Virus record (IMG/VR): IMGVR_UViG_3300020026_000005 | Span: 1 to 6,088 of that record | Reading direction: 5' to 3' (one strand) | Length of the DNA: 6,088 bases | DNA from: a virus | Part shown: positions 1 to 5,562 of the stretch, one piece after another | How positions within the stretch are numbered: the first letter of the stretch is position 1 | Layout of the letters: every line of letters begins with the position of its first letter | Program-made: the position numbers and the translations under genes | Notes under the pieces: model-generated | What the model was told of the DNA's origin: nothing | Seen by the model: only the letters and a program-made list of their open reading frames with translations | Databases searched by the model: none

Positions 1-119
1 CAGATACGAATTTTCGCGTATAACGGCGATGTTGGAGGAGGCAAGATAAAGGTGTAAGATTTCCATCTACGGTAACATATTTATCCGAAATTTCTTCGGG
101 GTTGAACTGAATCTGTTTA
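1..119. repeat. Terminal direct repeat, left copy (identical to 5970..6088); circular-genome assembly overlap
   Basis: Base-by-base comparison shows 1..119 equals 5970..6088 with no mismatch. The repeat lies inside the Rep coding sequence. Confidence 0.95.
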
Positions 120-664
120 GTAACATATTTAACGCAGTATCGGGCACGCTTATGGGTGGCTTTTGTTAGCCACACGAAACCAAGGTCTCGAACAGCAGAA
201 CGAATAGTATTATAGAGAACGTTCGCGCCAAACAAAAAACCGTGAAAGTGCAACCGGGGCTCATTTCCTGTTTCCGGATGAGTACCGAACTCCTGAAAAA
301 AGGCATGTTTAAATGAGTGACCGAGCTTGTGGCGTAAGCGTTCATTGAATTTCCGAATAAACCAGGACGGATCAAGCAGAGCTTCGTTATAATGCCTTGG
401 AGCAATCGTTATTGTAATGAAAATAGCCTGCTGACTATCAGCCTTACAGCGGGCAAGCTCGCGCTCCAAACGAACGAACCAATCATTGCGCTGACGACGC
501 AAGCAGTCTTCACACTTTCCGCACGGAACCATCAACCACTGGCGAGAAATGTCCCAAGGGCGAAGAGCAAGCGCAGACTTGGCGACATCAGAGCCATCTC
601 GGCAAGGGTTCTTCTTGTCAAAGTAGCGACGGTTGCGTATCCATATGGGAGAAGAGCAAGGCAT
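1..664 (-). CDS. VP4: Replication initiator protein (Rep, VP4 / phiX gpA-like HUH endonuclease), N-terminal part (aa 1-221 plus the first nt of codon 222); it runs off the left edge and continues at 5969
   Basis: I hand-translated the - strand from the ATG at 664..662. It reads MPCSSPIWIRNRRYFDKKNPCRDG...PCGKCEDCLRRQRNDW...AIFITITIAP...PRLHFHGFLFG...ARYCVKYVTKQ... with no stop down to nt 1. The rolling-circle Rep motifs are FITITI (404..421), HFHGFLF (230..250) and the dual-tyrosine YCVKYVTK (116..139; compare phiX gpA YVAKYVNK). A PCGxCxxC cysteine cluster typical of microvirus Reps is also present. The same frame has stops upstream (686..688), so ATG 664 is the start; a TTG at 685 is the only alternative. 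The ORF track missed this ORF because it has no stop inside the window on this side. Confidence 0.93.
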   Translation of the reverse strand, partial: MPCSSPIWIRNRRYFDKKNPCRDGSDVAKSALALRPWDISRQWLMVPCGKCEDCLRRQRNDWFVRLERELARCKADSQQAIFITITIAPRHYNEALLDPSWFIRKFNERLRHKLGHSFKHAFFQEFGTHPETGNEPRLHFHGFLFGANVLYNTIRSAVRDLGFVWLTKATHKRARYCVKYVTKQIQFNPEEISDKYVTVDGNLTPLSCLLQHRRYTRKFVS

Positions 665-864
665 CAGAGTAAACTTCGAAGGCAATCAAATTTAATGCTA
701 GGATGATCAAGACGACAACGAATAAGGTAATTATTTGCAGGAGTCTCGTCGGCAAACCAAGCAATAACAACTCGCTTCCTACCTCGATATGCACCAATAG
801 AATAGCGATGAGGAGTACTATTAATAGTAGGAGAAAACCTAGGACGAAAGTCAAAATAATCCAT
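664..864 (-). CDS. Hypothetical small basic protein (66 aa), translationally coupled to Rep
   Basis: ATG at 864, TGA at 666..664. The stop overlaps the Rep ATG (664..662) as TGATG. By my count 45 of 66 codons end in T, matching and exceeding the T3 bias of VP1, which argues this frame is the coding one. It has an Arg/Lys-rich patch (YRGRKRVV). I recognise no family. Confidence 0.65.
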   Translation of the reverse strand: MDYFDFRPRFSPTINSTPHRYSIGAYRGRKRVVIAWFADETPANNYLIRCRLDHPSIKFDCLRSLL

Positions 865-1110
865 AATTAAAAAAATTACTTTGCGCTTCGAAAGACGGTA
901 CTTTCGAGCACGAGAACTGTTACGTTACGCCGCTCGACGGCCTTAACGGCCGGGACGCTACGCGTCTTCGAGCTCCATGGCTTCACTTCACGAAACTGTA
1001 TACCGAATAAATTCGGTGAGTTTGAAAACAAAAACTCCCAGGGGAGAGAAGGCTCTCCCCGGGAAGTTCGTAATCAAAGAACTTTTCCACCAAGAGGGCG
1101 GGTTACAATC
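865..1110 (-). promoter_or_regulatory. Main non-coding region (246 nt) with four stem-loops; candidate for transcription termination and initiation and for ssDNA replication signals
   Basis: No plausible ORF is present. Hairpins read directly from the sequence are: 888-894/901-907 (tcgaaag/ctttcga, 6-nt loop); 938-942/948-952 (cggcc/ggccg, 5-nt loop); 1002-1008/1011-1017 (accgaat/attcggt); and 1041-1048/1053-1060 (ggggagag/ctctcccc, 4-nt loop). Confidence 0.6.
1024..1063 (-). terminator. Rho-independent (intrinsic) terminator downstream of the 107-aa ORF
   Basis: The - strand reads CCCGGGGAGAG-CCTT-CTCTCCCC(T)GGG followed by AGTTTTTGTTTTC. This is an 8-bp perfect GC-rich stem, extendable to 11 bp with one bulged T, with a 4-nt loop and a T-tract. 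It lies 48 nt after the TAG stop at 1111..1113. Confidence 0.7.
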
Positions 1111-1434
1111 CTAGTTCCCTTTCCCTTCTTCTTTCGTCGCGCCTTCATCGTAGTTGAGATCAAAATCAAACATAAGAACAAGTGTATTGTCGAAAAATTC
1201 GACACTAAAGCTAGAGAGAGCTACGCAAGCATCAATAAGGTTAGAGATCTCCGAATGATCGACATAAAGCGAATCGCTAATGTGCGAACTCTTAAAATAG
1301 TGCGCAACAGGAGAGCTGGCGATAGCATCGAGAGGAAGAGCGCTAAACTGATTATCCTTGATACGACCTATCTGGACAAGGTCGATTTTAAGAGCCGGAT
1401 TGATCCGGCGAATAACAACATGAATCTGTGTCAT
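1111..1434 (-). CDS. Hypothetical acidic protein (107 aa); by position a candidate for a VP3-like internal scaffolding protein
   Basis: ATG-to-TAG ORF on the gene strand, 11 nt downstream of the previous gene and followed by the terminator. The C-terminus is acidic (FDFDLNYDEGATKEEGKGN). I recognise no motif. Confidence 0.6.
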   Translation of the reverse strand: MTQIHVVIRRINPALKIDLVQIGRIKDNQFSALPLDAIASSPVAHYFKSSHISDSLYVDHSEISNLIDACVALSSFSVEFFDNTLVLMFDFDLNYDEGATKEEGKGN

Positions 1435-1445
1435 AATAACATAGC

Positions 1446-1763
1446 TTAAAGAATAGACTTGAATTTATCGCAAAAACGACGCCAAAGATTCGACTGGTCT
1501 ACCCAAAAGTTGTAACCTTCCGGCGTCATAGCAAACGGGAAAGACGTAGAAATGATATTTTCGACGCCAAGGAGAGATGAACGACATAAACGGCGGAGCT
1601 TAGTACGCAAATTGTCGCGAAAGGGCCGATGATTTGGGTAAAAGTTTTCATAATTCGCCTTGTACACAGAAAATAAACCTTGGCGAACAAGCCATTCAAT
1701 GAACATGTACTCAGCAACATCGACGGAGAGGTCTGAGATTCTAGATTTCTTGTCTGCTTTCAT
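1446..1763 (-). CDS. Hypothetical basic protein (105 aa) with a C-terminal FPFAMTPEGYNFW...W aromatic motif
   Basis: ATG-to-TAA ORF on the gene strand and the first gene after the promoter-like site. It is Lys/Arg-rich (MKADKKSR..., RTKLRRLCR). I cannot name a family. Confidence 0.65.
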   Translation of the reverse strand: MKADKKSRISDLSVDVAEYMFIEWLVRQGLFSVYKANYENFYPNHRPFRDNLRTKLRRLCRSSLLGVENIISTSFPFAMTPEGYNFWVDQSNLWRRFCDKFKSIL

Positions 1764-1789
1764 AGTAATATGGTTATTGGTTTACAACG

Positions 1790-1820
1790 CAAATATAAGG
1801 TAAAAAAGACAAACAGCAAA
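1790..1820 (-). promoter_or_regulatory. Putative Bacteroidetes-type promoter (-33 TTTG / -7 TAnnTTTG)
   Basis: The - strand reads TTTG (1820->1817), a 19-nt spacer, then TATATTTG (1797->1790). It lies in the 86-nt VP2/105-aa intergenic gap, 26 nt upstream of the ATG at 1763. It is the only intergenic exact match to TAnnTTTG that I found on the gene strand. Confidence 0.4.
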
Positions 1821-1849
1821 GCTCTAAAAGTCGAAAAAGTTGTTCAATT

Positions 1850-3106
1850 TTACCTTACATAGCGACGGCTAGATCTCGTAGTACCAACGAAACGGCCATC
1901 TTCGCCATAAATCTCCCTACTTTCATCGTAATCAACAGCAGTAGGACGTTTAGTTGCAGCCGTGCCGGCGATAGCCATAGCGCCAACCAAGGCAGTTCTG
2001 GCCAGGCTGTAGCCAAAAGCATTCTTACTGGAGCGGTTCTGAAACCAGCGACCCGAGAGGTCTTGTTGACCTTCCGAAGCGGCGAGACCCATAAGCTTTT
2101 GATGAATCTGGCGGCCTGTCATCTTTATTGTTTTACCGGTAGGCTTGCCTTTTCCATCAACCTCGGGAACGTCGACTTCCGAGTCCCAATTGAGACTAAA
2201 CCACTCACGAAGATCAGCTAGGTTAACCTTACGTATCTCAGACTCAACATTTAAGACATCGCCAGAGGCAGCGGATTCGTAAGCGGCGGCAAAATCACGG
2301 GCGATTTGGGCAGCGTAAACAGAATCAAAATACTTGTCATTGTACTTCTTAATCTGATTTGCCTCTTCGACATGTTTCGAATACATGGCGACGAAGTCCT
2401 GAAATTTGTATGTAGCCATGAGATCAGCATACTCAGCATCGGCAGCATGAATGTCAGCTAAAGCGCGATTAAGACGAATCAACTCGGAAACGTTATTAAT
2501 CTGATGTTCTAGAGACTTTTTCTCTAAATTGTCCATCTCCTTCCGCCAGTCTGCACTATGGGTATTACCTCTCATAAGTTCAGCCTCAGCATCATCTCGA
2601 TTAGCAGCAGCAGTATTACGGTCAACAGTCGACTGAGCCATCATATTCTGTGCAATAGCGGTAGGATCACCAGGGGAGAAAACACCGGGACTAATCGGGG
2701 CACCACCGGACGGGCCAGAGGCAGAAGGCGTAGAGGCGGAACCGCCTGACATAGTGGCATTTACGCCGACGCCGGAAGAACCTAAAACAGCAGCGGGTGT
2801 TACGCCAGCCTTCAAATAACGATCGAAAACCTTCGAAGGATCATTGTACGCATTTTCATAATCAAACTGTTTTTGCCAGTTAGCGTATGAAAGTTCAGAC
2901 TGCTTCTGCATTTGCTCTAGAGCATACTTTTGCTGAAGTGCCATCTGTTTTTGCTGAAATCTCCACTGGCGGCGAGCATTCATGCCACCGAAAAGCTGAC
3001 CTAAAAAGCCATTAATGAGGCCGTTAGTGCCAGTAGAAGCAGCAGATTCACCAAGAGCTCGACCAAAAGAGGTAGAGGCAGCAGCAGCAGCAACAGGGAT
3101 AGCCAT
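1850..3106 (-). CDS. VP2: Minor capsid / DNA pilot protein (VP2, phiX gpH-like), 418 aa
   Basis: The N-terminus is Ala/Gly-rich and hydrophobic (MAIPVAAAAASTSF...GLINGFLGQLFGG). A Gln/Lys-rich helical segment follows, ending in ...YENAYNDPSKVFDRYLKAGVTPAAVLG. This matches the YNxPxxQxxRxKxAGLNP-type motif conserved in microvirus VP2 proteins. A Gly/Ser-rich linker and a long predicted helical region come next. The gene sits downstream of VP1, as in VP1-VP2-VP4 type microviruses. Confidence 0.85.
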   Translation of the reverse strand: MAIPVAAAAASTSFGRALGESAASTGTNGLINGFLGQLFGGMNARRQWRFQQKQMALQQKYALEQMQKQSELSYANWQKQFDYENAYNDPSKVFDRYLKAGVTPAAVLGSSGVGVNATMSGGSASTPSASGPSGGAPISPGVFSPGDPTAIAQNMMAQSTVDRNTAAANRDDAEAELMRGNTHSADWRKEMDNLEKKSLEHQINNVSELIRLNRALADIHAADAEYADLMATYKFQDFVAMYSKHVEEANQIKKYNDKYFDSVYAAQIARDFAAAYESAASGDVLNVESEIRKVNLADLREWFSLNWDSEVDVPEVDGKGKPTGKTIKMTGRQIHQKLMGLAASEGQQDLSGRWFQNRSSKNAFGYSLARTALVGAMAIAGTAATKRPTAVDYDESREIYGEDGRFVGTTRSSRRYVR

Positions 3107-3107
3107 A

Positions 3108-3410
3108 CTAAATACGAGTTATATTGTTAGAGCGAATAATGTAATCGACACGCACTGTATCGATGTGCACACCATGGCGTTGCATCCTGGCTTGGGCAGC
3201 ACATGACGACAAGAAAAAGGCGGCCAAAGCAGCAACAATGGAAGAGATGAGCGTCCAAAAGGCCTTAGACTTGTAGAAAGGTTGTTTGACATTAGACATA
3301 ATAGCAAAGTTTAAAGAACGATAGAAAAATGCGCGGCCTCTCCTGCAGTCGTTACCAATAACCTTCAGCAATTCATGCACTCTTGCAAAAGGGGTCCGCG
3401 CACGTAGCAT
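3108..3410 (-). CDS. Small membrane protein / putative lipoprotein (100 aa maximal ORF; probable alternative start at 3299 giving 63 aa)
   Basis: From the internal ATG (3299..3297) the protein reads MSNVKQPFYKSKAFWTLISSIVAALAAFFLSS-C-AAQARMQRHGVHIDTVRVDYIIRSNNITRI. It has a basic n-region, an ~18-aa hydrophobic core and an L-S-S-C lipobox (Cys codon 3201..3203). The TAG at 3110..3108 lies 1 nt before the VP2 ATG. The start is ambiguous because 3300..3410 also folds into a terminator-like hairpin. Confidence 0.55.
   Translation of the reverse strand: MLRARTPFARVHELLKVIGNDCRRGRAFFYRSLNFAIMSNVKQPFYKSKAFWTLISSIVAALAAFFLSSCAAQARMQRHGVHIDTVRVDYIIRSNNITRI
3321..3401 (-). terminator. Long imperfect hairpin followed by a T-tract (possible terminator or structured ssDNA element)
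   Basis: On the - strand GCGCGG(A)CCCCTTTTGCA (3401->3384) pairs with TGCAGGAGAGGCCGCGC (3347->3331). That gives about 17 pairs including G-T wobbles that form only on the - strand, plus one mismatch, one bulge and a 36-nt loop. ATTTTTC (3330->3324) follows immediately. The element is non-coding only if the downstream gene starts at 3299. Confidence 0.3.
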
Positions 3411-3432
3411 ATATCGTCAAGTAAAGGACATA

Positions 3433-3729
3433 CTATTTTTCTTCAGAATTGGAGGGCGTTGAAACAGGATTGGACTTATCAAGCTGAGAATCAATAAGTT
3501 CCTGACCTATCTCAAGACCATCGAACTTGTCCATCCGAGAGAAAGAGTTAGGATCAAAATCAATATCAGGGTTGAATTTCTCTCCCTTCTCGAAGTCAGA
3601 AGGCTCAGCCGTCACATCTGGACGACCAGGAAGAACGTCGACAGAACCAGAACCATCGAGAACAGAAAGAATGCGCTGCCCGCGAGAAATATATGTAGGG
3701 GCGTCTTCTAATAACCATTCAAGTGCCAT
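3433..3729 (-). CDS. Hypothetical highly acidic protein (98 aa); possible scaffolding or assembly protein
   Basis: ATG-to-TAG ORF on the gene strand, 12 nt after the VP1 stop. It is Asp/Glu-rich (FNPDIDFDPNSFSRMDKFDGLEIGQELIDSQLD). I recognise no family. Confidence 0.6.
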   Translation of the reverse strand: MALEWLLEDAPTYISRGQRILSVLDGSGSVDVLPGRPDVTAEPSDFEKGEKFNPDIDFDPNSFSRMDKFDGLEIGQELIDSQLDKSNPVSTPSNSEEK

Positions 3730-3741
3730 AAAACTATAATA

Positions 3742-5559
3742 TTAACGATTAGACAAACGAGTAGCAAATGTTTTGTTTACCAGATTCTTCTTCTGAACAG
3801 CATAAGACATATTTATAAAGAAATTGTCTTCTACATCAGAAGCAAAGGGAGAGTTAACTTGCGACATATCTACAAAAAGAAACGGGTAATACACAGTGTC
3901 GCTATTATTAACAAAATCGGGGAGAGTACGCTGCTGCACCCAGTAAGAATAGAGAGGCGTTGAGACTCCAGCATCATCCGTACGAGAAAGCTGACCCATT
4001 ACCTCGTCGTAACTACTCCGGAATTCGTTAAAACAAGGCTCAGTCGAAAGGGTAGAAGTCGAAACAGTGTTACCCGCGGGGCCAAAAAGATAAACAGGAA
4101 CATCTTGGTATCCGATATCATTATAAATAGGATTGAAATAATCAGGACCCTGGTAATTCAAATAATCGGGACGAACCTGCGCCCAGTAATAGACGGGTCG
4201 AATACTCAACATATCAATCATATAGCCGGGCTCACGGAAGTAGTAAGACTGGCGACGACCGAGGCGTTCGTTGAAAGCAATAGCGCCACCCTGCTGACCG
4301 AGAGGGGGTAAAGAATACTGATCATTAGCAAAATTGTTGGCGCCGGACTGATTCATCACAACCTGGACATTGACCGTCTGAGAAGCACTAAAAAGAAGCT
4401 TGGGGCGATCCACGTGCTCAATTTTGGAGGCAAAAAACGTCTCCAACCAATCACTATAACGGCTACCACCAGCGCCAAGCAAATCCTTGTATTCCTGGAG
4501 ACGCGACGCAATAGCCAACTGAGGGATGGTATCAACACCGGACATGGAAACAGCGGAAGACGAACCTGTAGGAATAAGCCGGCTAAGTCGGTCGGGATTG
4601 GAAGGTACTACAGCCATCGGGTGGGCCGAAAGGAACAAGCCAATGGGAGTGACAGGATTAGAGGCACTACCAGTGGTCTGAAGTTGCGAAACGGGACGGG
4701 AGCCGGAAAAATCCGATGAGCTCATAGTGAGGGGGTCAGACCAAACGGGATAACCAGAAGAGTCAACACCCGAAGAACTACCGATCTGGGAATTTACAAG
4801 CTGATAAAACAGATTCGAACGGTTGTACGTGTTATTAGACGAAACAACAGACGAGGGGTAGAATTGGCTCTCAAAATAAGCATCAAGAAATTCAAGATTC
4901 GCGTAAGTTTGCGAAAAATACCTTGAGGTGGTAGAAAAAACAGTAGTAAGAGCCATATTATTAGGAGCATCCTGGGTATTAAAAACAGACCAAGAAGCCG
5001 GCCAAGCCATAGAGAACAAAGACCACTGCGAATAAGAATAATAATTACGAACGATGTCCCAATAAGCAAGATACGGATCAGCATTAACCCAGCGCTGATT
5101 ATCCAAAGTAGAAGGAAGTTCTCGCGACTGGTAAGTGGCGGTACTGGTATCCTTATTAAGGGCACGATTCGAGACACGAAGCCAAGAAAGCAAACTGTTA
5201 GGGTACCCAGTCTTAAGGTCGCCTAGACTGGGATTTGCGTTAATGGAGGCCGGCACCCAATTCGTTGAAAGGGAATTCATATCAAATTTCGACGAATTAA
5301 CGCGCATTTCCGAGTGATACAGCTGCAGAGGTACCCAAAAGCGATGCAAACGAATAACATAAGGGTTGAACGTCGGAACAGCAAGCGGGTTGCTGCGAAC
5401 GTCGATACCTTGCTCGATAGACACACGATCTCGAGCGTTAATAAAGTCAATTCTCACCGGATACAAAATACCCGGTGTACATGTAAAGGCCTTGCTCTCA
5501 GGAACATCGTAACGAGAATAGCCATTTACAGCGTGAGAGATAAAAGGTTGTTTTCCCAT
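3742..5559 (-). CDS. VP1: Major capsid protein (VP1, phiX gpF-like), 605 aa
   Basis: This is the longest ORF. Its layout is typical of microvirus F/VP1. The N-terminal strand region is ...FTCTPGILYPVRIDFI...NPLAVPTFNPYVIRLHRFWVPLQLY. The conserved central block is LAIASRLQEYKDLLGAGGSRYSDWLETFF...DRPKLL, with GGSRYSDW at 4447..4470. The C-terminal region is ...YWVQQR...FFINMSYAVQKKNLV. The start is 3 nt after the Rep stop. Confidence 0.95.
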   Translation of the reverse strand: MGKQPFISHAVNGYSRYDVPESKAFTCTPGILYPVRIDFINARDRVSIEQGIDVRSNPLAVPTFNPYVIRLHRFWVPLQLYHSEMRVNSSKFDMNSLSTNWVPASINANPSLGDLKTGYPNSLLSWLRVSNRALNKDTSTATYQSRELPSTLDNQRWVNADPYLAYWDIVRNYYSYSQWSLFSMAWPASWSVFNTQDAPNNMALTTVFSTTSRYFSQTYANLEFLDAYFESQFYPSSVVSSNNTYNRSNLFYQLVNSQIGSSSGVDSSGYPVWSDPLTMSSSDFSGSRPVSQLQTTGSASNPVTPIGLFLSAHPMAVVPSNPDRLSRLIPTGSSSAVSMSGVDTIPQLAIASRLQEYKDLLGAGGSRYSDWLETFFASKIEHVDRPKLLFSASQTVNVQVVMNQSGANNFANDQYSLPPLGQQGGAIAFNERLGRRQSYYFREPGYMIDMLSIRPVYYWAQVRPDYLNYQGPDYFNPIYNDIGYQDVPVYLFGPAGNTVSTSTLSTEPCFNEFRSSYDEVMGQLSRTDDAGVSTPLYSYWVQQRTLPDFVNNSDTVYYPFLFVDMSQVNSPFASDVEDNFFINMSYAVQKKNLVNKTFATRLSNR

Positions 5560-5562
5560 AAA

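Noticed and set aside
1-119. Terminal repeats read as LTR, DTR or transposon ends of a mobile element, or as genuine phage terminal redundancy
   Set aside because: The repeat is direct, exact and lies in the middle of the Rep coding frame, and joining the ends restores a complete Rep. Microviridae genomes are covalently closed circles. There is no integrase, transposase or target-site duplication.
166-405. Other alternate-frame - strand ORFs inside known genes (166..405 in Rep, 1526..1720 in the 105-aa gene, 2251..2448 in VP2, 3119..3307 in the membrane-protein gene, 4356..4538 in VP1)
   Set aside because: They are short, fully nested in better-supported frames and carry no motifs. Their composition is explained by the frame shift relative to real genes.
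687-694. Exact -7 promoter motif TAAATTTG on the - strand, 22 nt upstream of the Rep ATG. A second copy, TATGTTTG, lies at 1167..1174.
   Set aside because: Neither has a properly spaced -33 TTTG, and both are inside coding sequence. A motif with six fixed bases is expected once or twice by chance on one strand of 6 kb. The 1167 copy has no downstream gene before the terminator.
847-859. 13-nt exact repeat aaagtcaaaataa at 847..859 and 5896..5908, encoding YFDF in both the 66-aa ORF and Rep (possible iteron or partial duplication)
   Set aside because: A single 13-mer match in an A/T-biased ~6-kb sequence is expected by chance at roughly the 0.1-1 level. Flanking bases and flanking amino acids diverge immediately. 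There is no third copy and no array-like spacing.
865-900. TAATTTTT just upstream of the 66-aa ORF start, considered as a promoter for the 66aa-Rep-VP1 unit
   Set aside because: It lacks the terminal G of TAnnTTTG and has no -33 element at 19-21 nt. It would leave essentially no leader before the ATG at 864. It is not supportable from sequence alone.
3477-3486. The - strand CAGCTTGATA resembles the phiX174 origin core CAACTTG/ATA
   Set aside because: Only about 9 of 10 nt match and the similarity stops there (phiX continues TTAATAAC, whereas here it continues AGTCC). A 7-mer core is expected by chance in about 6 kb. It lies inside the 98-aa ORF, and this Rep is too divergent from gpA to assume it shares the same nick site.
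4794-5177. Hydrophobic 127-aa - strand ORF embedded in VP1. The 119-aa ORF at 5676..6035 embedded in Rep is a similar case.
   Set aside because: Both lie in the +1 frame relative to the host gene (offsets of 382 and 598 nt, each 3n+1). The gene strand is T-rich at third codon positions (about 44% in the first ~94 VP1 codons by my count). Those positions become second positions in the +1 frame, which forces Leu, Phe, Ile and Val. The TM-like look is therefore a compositional by-product. Only conservation analysis could rescue them.
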